This document shows, in pieces, positions 55,257-64,000 of a stretch of 64,000 nucleotides of DNA. The number at the start of each line of letters is the position of its first letter. Position 1 is the first letter of the stretch. A model generated the notes under the pieces. It saw only the letters and a list, made by a program, of their open reading frames with translations. It had not been told where the DNA came from and searched no databases. This DNA is from Bacteroidota bacterium. GTDB lineage: Bacteria > Bacteroidota > Ignavibacteria > UBA10030 > UBA8401. The DNA lies in the NCBI GenBank assembly GCA_035506275.1, contig DATJPT010000006.1, positions 284,635 through 348,634 of the forward strand, written 5' to 3'. A program made the position numbers and the translations under genes.

Positions 55257-56408
55257 ATGGCAACGAAACGTGATTTTTACGAGGTGCTCGGCGTTCCGCG
55301 GACCGCGTCCCAGGACGAAATAAAAAAAGCGTACCGCAAGCTTGCGCTGCAGTACCATCCGGACCGGAACCCGAACAACAAGGAAGCCGAAGAGAAATTC
55401 AAGGAGGCCGCCGAGGCGTACGAAGCTCTCAGCGACCCGGCCAAGCGCCAGCGCTTTGACCAGTACGGGCACGAAGGAATGCGCGGCACCGACTTCAGGG
55501 GCTCGGCCGACATCAACGACATCTTCTCGAACTTCGGGGATATTTTCGGCGGCTCGATTTTCGACGACGTGTTCACCGGCGGCAGGCAGCAGCGCCGCCG
55601 GACGACCGGCCAGGCCGGCTCCGACCTCAAAGTGCAGCTGAAGCTGACCCTTGAAGAGATCGCGACGGGGGTCGAGAAGAAGATCAAGATCAAAAAATGG
55701 AAGACCTGCCAGACGTGTTCCGGCAGCGGCGCAAAGCCGGGCTCGTCGAAAACGACCTGCCCGCAGTGCAACGGCACCGGAGAACTGCGCCAGGTTTCGC
55801 GTTCGATGTTCGGCCAATTCGTCAATATTACCACATGCCTGAACTGCGACGGCGAAGGACAGATCGTCCGCGACCGCTGCACGGCGTGCGACGGCGAGGG
55901 GCGCGAACAGGGAGAATCGACGATCAAAGTCAACGTTCCGGCCGGCGTGTCCGAGGGAAATTATATTTCGATGCAGGGACAGGGAAATGCCGGAAGGCGC
56001 GGGGGACCGCCGGGAGACGTCATCGTCGAGTTCCATGAGGTGCGCCACGAACACTTTGTACGGAACGGCGACGACATCATTTACAACGCCCTCATCAGCT
56101 TTCCGCACGCGGCGACTGGGGGCGATATCGAGGTGCCGACCCTCACCGGCCGCTCGCGGGTAAAGATCGACCCGGGAACGATGCCCGGCAAGATGCTGCG
56201 GATGAAAGAAAAAGGGATTCCGCACCTTAACAGTTTTGGACGGGGGGACCAATTGATCCGAATTCAAGTCTGGGTTCCTGCAAAGCTGAACGCACGGGAA
56301 AAAGAATTGCTGCGGGAGCTTTCGTCGAGCGAGCATATCGTGCCGACGGAAGATGAGAAGAACGCGAATAAGTCGTTCTTCGAAAAAGTACGGAATACTT
56401 TTTCTTGA
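55257..56408 (+). CDS. dnaJ: molecular chaperone DnaJ
   Basis: 383 aa; J-domain with HPD (YHPDRN), G/F-rich linker, four CxxCxGxG zinc-finger repeats and a C-terminal domain. Confidence 0.95.
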   Translation: MATKRDFYEVLGVPRTASQDEIKKAYRKLALQYHPDRNPNNKEAEEKFKEAAEAYEALSDPAKRQRFDQYGHEGMRGTDFRGSADINDIFSNFGDIFGGSIFDDVFTGGRQQRRRTTGQAGSDLKVQLKLTLEEIATGVEKKIKIKKWKTCQTCSGSGAKPGSSKTTCPQCNGTGELRQVSRSMFGQFVNITTCLNCDGEGQIVRDRCTACDGEGREQGESTIKVNVPAGVSEGNYISMQGQGNAGRRGGPPGDVIVEFHEVRHEHFVRNGDDIIYNALISFPHAATGGDIEVPTLTGRSRVKIDPGTMPGKMLRMKEKGIPHLNSFGRGDQLIRIQVWVPAKLNAREKELLRELSSSEHIVPTEDEKNANKSFFEKVRNTFS

Positions 56409-56453
56409 CGGAAAAAGAACCCTCTTTTCCGTCCCCCAACAATTGCACAACCC

Positions 56454-56909
56454 ATGAAACTGCTGAAGCGTCTGCAGGAGTTTGCTGCTTTCACAAAGAA
56501 CGAGCAGAGAATCTTTTTTTTTCTGTCGGTCGTCTTTCTTGTCGGAGTCTCGGTCAAGGCGTACAAAGCGTATTTCTCGCCGGAGCCGGTCCGTCAGTTC
56601 GACTATTCCGCTTCCGACAAGGAGTTTGAGGAGCGTTCGCGGTACCTGACGGCCGCGCCTCCGGCCGCAGATTCGGGAACGATCGTCGCCGGCAGGCCGG
56701 ACAGGAAGGGCAAGAAGAAGATCAATCTTAACACCGCGACGAAAGACGAGCTCCGTTCGCTTCCCGGCATCGGCGACGGCATTGCAGAACAGATCTTGAT
56801 CTATCGCGACGAACACGGCGGCTTCTCTTCCGTCGACCAGTTGAGAAAGATCAAAGGCATCGGAGTCAAGAAACTCGAAAAATTGCGCCCACGCGTGGTA
56901 CTCAAATGA
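56454..56909 (+). CDS. comEA: ComEA family DNA-binding protein (helix-hairpin-helix)
   Basis: 151 aa; N-terminal TM helix and a C-terminal HhH pair: NLNTATKDELRSLPGIGDGIAEQILIYRDEHGGFSSVDQLRKIKGIGVKKLEKL. Confidence 0.7.
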   Translation: MKLLKRLQEFAAFTKNEQRIFFFLSVVFLVGVSVKAYKAYFSPEPVRQFDYSASDKEFEERSRYLTAAPPAADSGTIVAGRPDRKGKKKINLNTATKDELRSLPGIGDGIAEQILIYRDEHGGFSSVDQLRKIKGIGVKKLEKLRPRVVLK

Positions 56910-57817
56910 AATCAACCGAACGTCATATCGCCCTCATCCTCGAACAATCGCAGGTCACCGCTGTTGAAATTGCGCAAAGTCCTAAAGGACATACGCTGAC
57001 CGCGGCCGGCTCATTCAATTCATCCTTCAACTTCGACGACCAGGACGCGTTCAGCCAGCCGGGAGCATCGCAGCGCGAGCGCGGCTTTGCCCAGGAACTC
57101 CAGACGTTTTTCAAGACGATCGGCAGCGGTTCGCGCACGCTGACCTTCGGCCTGAACAGCAGGATGGTCGTGGCGGAATCCATTCCGACCGACGCCTCGC
57201 TTTCCGAGTCGGAGCTGGACCAGCATGCCCAATGGGAACTCGGCCAGTACGCGCTGCTCAAGAACACCAACGCGTTCAACCTCGGCGCAATGGTGCTGGA
57301 GACAAACGAGGAGACCCAGGTGAACACGACGGTGCTCGTTGCCGTACGAAAAATTTTCCTCAACTTCCTGGCCAACGTCTGCAGGCAGCTCAGCGGAACG
57401 CTGAACATCGTCGACGTCGACCATTTTGGCGCGGAGAACGCCCTCCTCTTCAACTATCCGGAGGCCGCGGCAAAACGCGTTCTGCTGGCCGGTGTGGACG
57501 AACGTTCATTCGACGCCAGCGTCCTCGCCGGCGGGCAGACAAGAAATTTCGTTTCGATGGAATGGAGCACGGAGAACGACATGGCCCAGCTGGCCGAGTA
57601 CGTGAAGGAGGTCGGCGCAGAATCGGTCTATTTCCACGGCAGGATCGTTTCGCCGGCGCTGGTCTCAAGCCTGAAGGAGCTGGTCTCCATCCCGGTCGAG
57701 ATCATGGACCCGTTCAGGAAGGTCTCGCTCCCGAGGACGTTGAAGAATTACCGGGATATCGAATCGCGCAAACAGGAATACGCGTCGGCGGTCGGCCTTG
57801 CGCTGAGAACGGAATAG
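56906..57817 (+). CDS. hypothetical protein, PilM-like (type IV pilus / competence assembly ATPase-fold) by weak similarity
   Basis: 303 aa; start overlaps the comEA stop. Pattern ...HIALILEQSQVTAVEI... and ...TLNIVDVDHFGAENALLFNY...VLLAGVDERSFDASVLAGG resembles PilM/FtsA-like actin-fold proteins. Assigned from memory only. Confidence 0.35.
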   Translation: MKSTERHIALILEQSQVTAVEIAQSPKGHTLTAAGSFNSSFNFDDQDAFSQPGASQRERGFAQELQTFFKTIGSGSRTLTFGLNSRMVVAESIPTDASLSESELDQHAQWELGQYALLKNTNAFNLGAMVLETNEETQVNTTVLVAVRKIFLNFLANVCRQLSGTLNIVDVDHFGAENALLFNYPEAAAKRVLLAGVDERSFDASVLAGGQTRNFVSMEWSTENDMAQLAEYVKEVGAESVYFHGRIVSPALVSSLKELVSIPVEIMDPFRKVSLPRTLKNYRDIESRKQEYASAVGLALRTE

Positions 57818-57819
57818 CG

Positions 57820-58377
57820 ATGCGTGTCATCGCCGGCAAGCACAAGGGAAGACAGCTCCGGACCGTCGCCGATCTGTCGGTCCGCCCCGCCACCAGCCGG
57901 GTGAAAGGCTCGGTCTTCAACATCCTGCAGAACAGGGTCGACTGGCCGCTCGCGCAGGTGCTCGACCTGTTTGCCGGAAGCGGAAGTTTGGGAATAGAGG
58001 CGCTGAGCCGCGGAGCGCGGCGGGCCGTGTTCGTGGAAAACTCGCGGCGCGCGGTCGAATACCTGAGACAGAACCTCGCGGCGATCGCGGCCTCGGAATG
58101 CGAAGTGATCGCAGCCGACGTGTTCGAGTACCTTGCCCGTCCGCGAGGCCAGTTCGATGTTGTTTTTGCCGACCCCCCTTACGAGTTTGAAGTCCTGCAG
58201 CGGCTGCCGTCGATGATTTTTCGGAGCGGGGTGGTCTCTCAGGATGGGTATCTGATCATCGAACACCCGCAGGAATTGCGTTTTGAAGAAAGTCCGTTAT
58301 GTGCAGCGGCGGACGTGAGGAAATATGGGAGGACCGTGGTCACATTTTTCCAATCACGACTCGAAAGCCGGCCATGA
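57820..58377 (+). CDS. rsmD: 16S rRNA (guanine966-N2)-methyltransferase RsmD
   Basis: 185 aa; MRVIAGKHKGRQL, the SAM motif VLDLFAGSGSLGIEALSRGA, and DPPY (FADPPYEF). The track ORF starts far upstream at 57232; ATG 57820 is in frame and follows the preceding stop. Confidence 0.8.
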   Translation: MRVIAGKHKGRQLRTVADLSVRPATSRVKGSVFNILQNRVDWPLAQVLDLFAGSGSLGIEALSRGARRAVFVENSRRAVEYLRQNLAAIAASECEVIAADVFEYLARPRGQFDVVFADPPYEFEVLQRLPSMIFRSGVVSQDGYLIIEHPQELRFEESPLCAAADVRKYGRTVVTFFQSRLESRP

Positions 58378-58862
58378 AAATTGCATTGTATCCGGGGACG
58401 TTCGACCCGATCACCAACGGTCACATCGACATCCTCGAACGGGGAATGGAATTGTTCGACAAGGTGATCGTCACCGTCGCGAACAATTCCAGCAAATCTC
58501 CGATGTTCGACGAGCGCGAGCGGGTGGAGATGATCGAGGAGGTCATCAGGCGGAACAAATACCGGAACGTCGCCGTCGAAGCCTTCGACGGACTGCTCAT
58601 TGACTTTGCCAGAAAGAAAAAAGCGGTCGCGCTGATCCGCGGCCTGCGGGCAATATCCGATTTCGAGTACGAGTTCCAAATGGCGCTTATCAACCGGAAA
58701 CAGGACAACAAGATCTTCACCGTTTTTTTAATGCCGCACGAACGGTACACGTATCTTAACTCCAGTATCGTGCGGGAACTTGCGCGGCTGAACGGCGACT
58801 ATAAGTCGTTCGTTCCGCCGAATGTCTATGCGCGGTTACAGAAAAAGGTCAAGGGATTCTAG
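58374..58862 (+). CDS. coaD: phosphopantetheine adenylyltransferase
   Basis: 162 aa from MKIALYPGTFDPITNGHIDI (the T/HxGH motif). ATGA overlap with the rsmD stop. Confidence 0.9.
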   Translation: MKIALYPGTFDPITNGHIDILERGMELFDKVIVTVANNSSKSPMFDERERVEMIEEVIRRNKYRNVAVEAFDGLLIDFARKKKAVALIRGLRAISDFEYEFQMALINRKQDNKIFTVFLMPHERYTYLNSSIVRELARLNGDYKSFVPPNVYARLQKKVKGF

Positions 58863-58875
58863 CTGAGAGCAGTGA

Positions 58876-59060
58876 ATAATTAGGAATTAGGAATTATGAA
58901 TTGAGACTTCTGAGAAACCGGTGTCCAAAAGTCATTCTGAACGGAGCGAAGAATCTATTCGCTCATTTTCAAAAGAAAAACTGGATTCTTCGTCGCTACG
59001 CTCCTCAGAATGACATTACTCAGGCATTTCTCAGAAGTCCCGAATTACGAATTATAATCG
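58876..59060. repeat. composite nested inverted repeat (MITE-like) containing a family-A-type hairpin and GAATTAG heptamers
   Basis: Outer arms aattaggaattatgaattGAGACTTCTGAGAAA / TTTCTCAGAAGTCccgaattacgaattat. Inner hairpin GTCATTCTGAACGGAGCGAAGAATC...GATTCTTCGTCGCTACGCTCCTCAGAATGAC. Confidence 0.55.
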
Positions 59061-59117
59061 AACGATGATTGTTCACATCAGAAGTCTAACCTCAGTAAGA
59101 AAGGACATCTCCCTGCA

Positions 59118-60317
59118 TTGAAATCGTTATCGAGACAAGTTGCGAAGGCCGAACCATCTATGACGCTGGCCATGTCGGCGATTGCCAAGAAATTGAAGGC
59201 CGAGGGGGTGGACGTCGTGACGCTGACGGCCGGCGAGCCGGACTTCCCGACCCCCTTCCACATCAAGAGAGCGGCGATCTCCGCCATCGAGAATAATTAC
59301 ACCGGCTACACGATCAACGCCGGCATCGTCGAGCTGCGGAAAGCGATCGCCGATAAGTTCAAGCGCGACAACAATCTCTCGTTCGATCCGTCGCAGATCC
59401 TCGTCTCCAACGGCGCCAAGCACTCCATCTACAACGCCCTGAAAGCGATCTGCAACAAGGGGGATGAGGTGATCATCCCGGCGCCGTACTGGGTGACCTA
59501 TCCTGAAATGGTGAAGCTGGTCGACGCCGTGCCGGTCATCATCAACACAACGGAAGCGAACGATTTTAAGATGACGCCGGTGCAGTTGAAAAGGGCAATC
59601 ACGAAGAAAACGAAAGCGCTTCTTTTCTGTTCCCCCTCGAACCCGACAGGGACAGTGTATTCGCAGGAAGAGATCGAGGCGCTGGCAAAAGTCACGGCAA
59701 AAGCCGACCTCTACGTGATCTCGGACGAGATCTACGAAAAGGTCATATACGACGGAGCGAAACACTTTAGCATCGGGTCGATTCCCGACGTGCGCGACCA
59801 TGTCATCACGGTCAACGGCGTCTCAAAAGCCTTCTCGATGACCGGCTGGAGGATCGGCTACCTTGGAGCGAAGAAAGAGATCGTCGATGCGGCGGAGAAG
59901 GTGCAAAGCCAGGTGACCTCCAACGCTTCGTCGATTTCGCAGCACGCCGCTCTCGCAGCCCTGACGGGGTCGGACGACGAGGTCAATTCGATGGCTTCGG
60001 AATTCCTGCGCCGGCGGAACTTCATCTACGATGCGGTAACGTCGATCGAAGGAATCACCTGCGCCAAGCCGAAAGGGGCGTTCTACATCTTTCCGAACCT
60101 GAGCGGATTCATTGGCAAAAAAGCGAAGGGAAAAACGCTGAGATCGGGAGATGATATCGCACAGTATTTGCTGGATGAAGAGCGCGTGGTGATCGTTCCG
60201 GGAAGCGGGTTCGGCGCAAAGAATTATGCGCGAATATCGTACGCCTGCTCGATGCAGGAATTGGAAAAAGCGGCGGTGCGGATGACGCGCGGGTTCAAAA
60301 GACTTAACGGGAATTGA
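59118..60317 (+). CDS. aspartate/aromatic aminotransferase (PLP-dependent, class I)
   Basis: 399 aa (TTG start at 59118; ATG at 59160 is an alternative). GVSKAFSMTGWRIGY holds the PLP lysine, and the fold is collinear with AspAT. Confidence 0.85.
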   Translation: MKSLSRQVAKAEPSMTLAMSAIAKKLKAEGVDVVTLTAGEPDFPTPFHIKRAAISAIENNYTGYTINAGIVELRKAIADKFKRDNNLSFDPSQILVSNGAKHSIYNALKAICNKGDEVIIPAPYWVTYPEMVKLVDAVPVIINTTEANDFKMTPVQLKRAITKKTKALLFCSPSNPTGTVYSQEEIEALAKVTAKADLYVISDEIYEKVIYDGAKHFSIGSIPDVRDHVITVNGVSKAFSMTGWRIGYLGAKKEIVDAAEKVQSQVTSNASSISQHAALAALTGSDDEVNSMASEFLRRRNFIYDAVTSIEGITCAKPKGAFYIFPNLSGFIGKKAKGKTLRSGDDIAQYLLDEERVVIVPGSGFGAKNYARISYACSMQELEKAAVRMTRGFKRLNGN

Positions 60318-60326
60318 AGAGAGAAT

Positions 60327-60665
60327 ATGCCGACATACGAATATCGATGCAAGAAATGCAAGCACGAATTTGAGGAATATGAGTCGATAACGGCCCCTCC
60401 GCTGACCATATGCCCCTCGTGTAAAACGCCGAACTTGGAGCGCATCATCGGTTCCGGTGCAGGTATGATCTTCAAGGGGAGCGGGTTCTATCAAACGGAT
60501 TACAAAGGCTCGAGTCCGGAGACGAAAGGGTCAACAAACTCAAAAAAGAACTCGAAGGCTGCTTCGACGCCATCCTCCGACGAGAAGTCTTCTCCTTCCA
60601 CAAAACCGCCCGATCCCCCTTCGGCCCCGCCGAAACCAGAGCCGCCGTCAAAGCCTAAACAGTAG
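60327..60665 (+). CDS. FmdB family zinc-ribbon protein with Pro/Ser-rich C-terminal tail
   Basis: MPTYEYRCKKCKHEFE...CPSCK gives the CxxC...CxxC of the FmdB/CxxC_CxxC_SSSS family. Confidence 0.7.
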   Translation: MPTYEYRCKKCKHEFEEYESITAPPLTICPSCKTPNLERIIGSGAGMIFKGSGFYQTDYKGSSPETKGSTNSKKNSKAASTPSSDEKSSPSTKPPDPPSAPPKPEPPSKPKQ

Positions 60666-60790
60666 CCATCCACGAAGCGCACGAAGAACACCAAGAATAT
60701 TTTTACCTCGTTCCAAACGTTTCGTTGGAAACGCAAAAGCCTGTGTCATCTCGTTCCCAACGTCTCGTTGGGAACGGGAAGTTATGACAC
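60661..60790. repeat. REP-type palindromic repeat cluster (U1-U2) downstream of the RAYT gene
   Basis: Contains TTCCAAACGTTTCGTTGGAAA and TTCCCAACGTCTCGTTGGGAA hairpins. U1 (acagtagccatccacgaagcgcacgaag.acaccaagaatattttt.cctcgtt) is duplicated at 61513-61570. Confidence 0.65.
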
Positions 60791-60795
60791 ACCGC

Positions 60796-61335
60796 TTAAT
60801 TTCTCCAATCCATTGTTACATCCAGCAGACCCTGCATACCTTCATAATTCCTCGCACTGGAATAACGCCAGCATTTCGGCTCATCAACATATCCCCGCCG
60901 CACCGGGTTAGTATGAATATACTCAATCTTTTGTATGAGCATTGCCTCGCTATAAATTTCTTGGGGATGATTTCCCTCTTGCCACAGTTGATACTCGCTT
61001 TTCGCCTTATGGGCTAGTTTTGCCCGATGCAGATCCTCCAATAATGGCAGCAATTTCTTCTCTTCTAAATAATCTATGATCCTTCTCGCCGTGTATGACT
61101 TGGACTCTTTCATTGTCTTCCCCAGTTCTGGCGCCGATGCAATAAGGTGCAAATGGTGCTCCATAATGACATAGGCGTATAAAATGACGTCGCGTTCCTT
61201 TTGCACAAAACGGAGCGATTCAAGCAAAATGGAGGCGATTCCAGGATTTGCAAACAATGGGATCCATCCAACCACCGTCATCGTCAGGAAATGGGGCAGC
61301 TGCTCGTTGTAGATTTTATAGCGGGTGCGGGTCAT
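60796..61335 (-). mobile_element. REP-associated tyrosine transposase (RAYT, IS200/Y1-HUH family) gene
   Basis: 179 aa; N-terminal YNEQLPHFLTMTVVGWIPLF, the HUH motif in IMEHHLHLIA, and the catalytic-Tyr region SKSYTARRI. Low GC, flanked on both sides by cognate REP hairpins. Confidence 0.7.
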
Positions 61336-61377
61336 CTATTTCCCCCTTTGCATTGTGAAGCGGAACTTCATGTGGCG

Positions 61378-61600
61378 TGCCCAATCGGAAATCGGGAACG
61401 CAAAAGCCTATGTCATCTCGTTCCCAACGTCTCGTTCGGAACGGAAAAGCCCCTGAAATTCTGTTCACCTTCGCTCCCAAACAGAGTTTGGGAGCAAGAT
61501 GGGACGAGAAACAGTAGCCATCCACGAAGCGCACGAAGTACACCAAGAATATTTTTGCCTCGTTCCCAACGTCCCGTTGGGATTGGAATGTTTAATTTTA
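61378..61600. repeat. REP-type palindromic repeat cluster (U2-hairpin-U1) upstream of the RAYT gene
   Basis: TTCCCAACGTCTCGTTCGGAA, CTCCCAAACAGAGTTTGGGAG and TTCCCAACGTCCCGTTGGGA hairpins, plus a direct copy of U1. Confidence 0.65.
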
Positions 61601-61602
61601 TC

Positions 61603-61638
61603 TAAAAAAAATCCCCAAGCTTTTGCCCGGGGATTTTG
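61603..61638 (-). terminator. Rho-independent terminator for pckA
   Basis: On the minus strand: AAATCCCC-gggcaaaagctt-GGGGATTTTTTTT. Confidence 0.6.
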
Positions 61639-61659
61639 ACTTTCAACAAGGACAACTGC

Positions 61660-63300
61660 TTAGATCTTCGGTCCGGCGTCGATCACTTCTTTCGGACATC
61701 CATCCTCGAACTTCTTGAAGTTCTCGATGAACCGCGATGCCAGCTGTTTGTACTTCTGCGTGTATTGTTCTTTGCTGGGCCACGAACCGGACGGGTCGAG
61801 CACGTTGGCAGGAACGCCGTCACAGGTCGTCGGGACTTCGAAGCCGAAGATCGGATCTTTGACAAACTTGGCCTTCTGCAGTTCGCCGGACAGGGCCGCG
61901 TTGAGGAGCGCCCGCGTGTGTCCGATGCTGATCCGCTTGCCGATGCCGAACGGTCCGCCGATCCAGCCCGTGTTGACGAGCCAGCAGGTGACGCCGTGCT
62001 TCAGGATCTTCCGCTTCAACAGGTCCGCGTAAAACGACGGATGGTGCACCATGAACGGCGCACCGAAGCAGGTGCTGAACGTCATCTCCGGCTCCTTTCC
62101 GAGGCCGACCTCGGTCCCGGCGATCTTTGACGTGTAACCGGAAATGAACTGGTACATTGCCTGGTTCGCCGTCAGCCGCGCGATCGGCGGCATGACGCCC
62201 GAGGCGTCGCAGGTAAGGAGAATGATGTTCTTCGGATGCCCTCCCATTTTTTCGGGGACGGCGTTGGCAATATATCCGAGGGGGTAGGAGGCGCGGGTGT
62301 TCTCCGTGATCGATTCATCGTCGAGGTCGATCAGCCGCGTCACCGGGTCGTACACAACGTTCTCGAGGATCGTCCCGAACATCTTCGTCGTCGCGTAGAT
62401 CTGCGGTTCGGCAGTTGGCGAGAGCCGGATGACCTTGGCGTAGCATCCCCCTTCGAAGTTGAACACTCCCTCGTCGCTCCATCCATGCTCGTCGTCCCCG
62501 ATCAGGCTTCGTTTCGGGTCGGCGGAGAGCGTCGTTTTCCCCGTTCCGGAAAGACCGAAGAAGATCGCCGCATCGCCGTCCTTGCCGATGTTCGCCGAGC
62601 TGTGCATTGCCATCACCCCCTGCAGCGGCAGGAGATAATTGAGGATGGTGAAGATCGACTTCTTGATCTCGCCGGCGTACGCCGTGTTGCCGATAATGCA
62701 TAAGCGCTGCGCGAAGTTCAGCACGATAAAGGTGTTCGTCGCCGTGCCGTCGATCTGCGGAATGCCCTTAAAGGAAGGGACTGCGATAACGGTGAAATCG
62801 GGAACGTGTCTCCGGTATTCTTCGTTCGTCTCGGGGAGAATGAACATATTCCGCGCGAAGAGGGCATGCCATGCATGCTCGCTGATGATGCGGATCGGCA
62901 TCCGGTAGTTCGGGTCGGCGCCGCCGTAACAATCCTGCACGAACACGTCTCTTCCCTGTAAAAATCCCTGCAGCCGGTTATACAGATCGTTGAATTTATC
63001 AGTGCTGAACGGACGGTTGTATTGTCCCCACCAGATCTGATTCTCCGTCGTCGGCTCTTTGACGATAAATTTATCGTTGGCGGAACGGGCAGTATGTTTT
63101 CCGGTGTTGGCAATGATCGGCCCGAGATGAGAAATTCTCGCCTCACGCCGGAAGGTGATCTCCTCATACAACGCCTCGGACGGCAGATTCCAGTATGCCA
63201 TCCGTAAATTTGCGAGGCCGTGGTTGTCAAGCCCAAAGTCGCTCTTTAAGGCGGCGGCTTCGCCTTGCGCTGGTGTTTTGATGTCTAAGATGTTGTTCAT
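61660..63300 (-). CDS. pckA: phosphoenolpyruvate carboxykinase (ATP)
   Basis: 546 aa; the kinase-1a GLSGTGKTTLS motif and full-length collinearity with ATP-dependent PEPCK. Confidence 0.95.
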   Translation of the reverse strand: MNNILDIKTPAQGEAAALKSDFGLDNHGLANLRMAYWNLPSEALYEEITFRREARISHLGPIIANTGKHTARSANDKFIVKEPTTENQIWWGQYNRPFSTDKFNDLYNRLQGFLQGRDVFVQDCYGGADPNYRMPIRIISEHAWHALFARNMFILPETNEEYRRHVPDFTVIAVPSFKGIPQIDGTATNTFIVLNFAQRLCIIGNTAYAGEIKKSIFTILNYLLPLQGVMAMHSSANIGKDGDAAIFFGLSGTGKTTLSADPKRSLIGDDEHGWSDEGVFNFEGGCYAKVIRLSPTAEPQIYATTKMFGTILENVVYDPVTRLIDLDDESITENTRASYPLGYIANAVPEKMGGHPKNIILLTCDASGVMPPIARLTANQAMYQFISGYTSKIAGTEVGLGKEPEMTFSTCFGAPFMVHHPSFYADLLKRKILKHGVTCWLVNTGWIGGPFGIGKRISIGHTRALLNAALSGELQKAKFVKDPIFGFEVPTTCDGVPANVLDPSGSWPSKEQYTQKYKQLASRFIENFKKFEDGCPKEVIDAGPKI

Positions 63301-64000
63301 AGCCAGTCCCTCACAAGTTTTCTGTCGCCGATGTAAATTTCATTGGGTGACGATGGGTCGAGCGCCCATTTTATGCGTGTGACGCCATCGGTGATCTCTT
63401 TGATCGTGCCTGCATAGCTGAGGCGAAGATGTCCCTCCATGCCGAATTCTTTTCCGGGCACCGTGACGACGAGCGCTTTCTTCAGCAAAAGCTGCGACAG
63501 GTCGACCGATTTATTGGAGTACGCGCGGAAATCCGGCAGGCAGTAATACGTCCCGTTCGGTTTCGTACATTTCACTCCCTTGAAGGAACTCAGCTCCTGC
63601 ATCATGACATTGCGGTTGTTCTCCAGCGTCATGCGGAGGCTCTCGGTGGCGCTCTGGAGACCGGTCAATGCCCCCTCGGCCGCTGCCTGCAGCAGCACCG
63701 AAGTGCACGATGTGATCTGGCTTTGAACGTTCGACATGATCCCGACGAGTTCTTTGTTCGCAACGGCCCAGCCGATCCTGAAGCCGGTCATGCCGTAGAG
63801 TTTCGACACGCCGTTGATGACAATGATGTGAGTCGATTCCGTGTCTTTCTTCGTGTACTTGAAACAAACGGGGACCGTCTTGCCGTCGAACACCAGCTTG
63901 TGATAGATGTCGTCCATGATCACATAAATTCCCTTTGTCTCGCAGAATTCGACGATCTGCGCGATGAATTCTTCCGGATAGACGACCCCGGACGGGTTGT
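63297..64000 (-). CDS. class I/II PLP-dependent aminotransferase, 5' end outside the window
   Basis: The reverse-strand ORF stays open to the window edge. NGVSKLYGMTGFRIGW holds the PLP lysine. Its stop overlaps the pckA start (ATGA), suggesting co-transcription. Confidence 0.75.
   Translation of the reverse strand, partial: NPSGVVYPEEFIAQIVEFCETKGIYVIMDDIYHKLVFDGKTVPVCFKYTKKDTESTHIIVINGVSKLYGMTGFRIGWAVANKELVGIMSNVQSQITSCTSVLLQAAAEGALTGLQSATESLRMTLENNRNVMMQELSSFKGVKCTKPNGTYYCLPDFRAYSNKSVDLSQLLLKKALVVTVPGKEFGMEGHLRLSYAGTIKEITDGVTRIKWALDPSSPNEIYIGDRKLVRDWL

Noticed and set aside
1-64000. rRNA genes, intact IS elements, prophage or conjugative genes, toxin-antitoxin pairs, restriction-modification or other named defence systems
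   Set aside because: No coding or structural signatures for any of these were seen. The only transposase-like gene is the RAYT at 60796-61335.

Overview
This is a high-GC (~60%) chromosomal segment. Six secreted proteins carry T9SS C-terminal sorting domains ending ...KMLLLK, and several genes have Bacteroidetes-style -33 TTG / -7 TAnnTTTG promoter motifs, so by inference the organism is a T9SS-bearing member of the Fibrobacteres-Chlorobi-Bacteroidetes superphylum; I cannot name the lineage. The housekeeping backbone is: adenosine deaminase, alpha-glucan phosphorylase, pyruvate kinase, a penicillin-acylase-family hydrolase, an L,D-transpeptidase, adenylosuccinate synthetase, two sensor histidine kinases, an HpnC/HpnD/HpnE-like squalene cluster, hrcA-grpE-dnaJ, comEA, a pilM-like gene, rsmD-coaD, an aspartate aminotransferase, an FmdB zinc-ribbon protein, PEP carboxykinase, and two tRNAs (Pro-GGG, Leu-TAG). 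A repeat-rich accessory stretch at 22-33.5 kb holds three large T9SS cargo genes, among them an endonuclease-I/FN3/lamin-tail protein and a 1027-aa surface protein. The same stretch holds a GIY-YIG nuclease gene, kilobase-scale tandem hairpin arrays and a second tandem array family. The non-coding DNA is unusual in several ways. Heptanucleotide tandem repeats occur at 15 or more loci. At least five dispersed palindromic repeat families are present. A REP-associated tyrosine transposase (RAYT) gene is flanked by its REPs. A conserved, palindrome-bounded cis-element lies in 4 copies, directly 5' of glgP, a MerR-family regulator, a cNMP/GAF histidine kinase and hrcA. There is no CRISPR array, no rRNA gene and no classical IS element other than the RAYT. 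Many long ORFs in the six-frame track are antisense shadows of real genes in this GC-rich DNA and are not reported.
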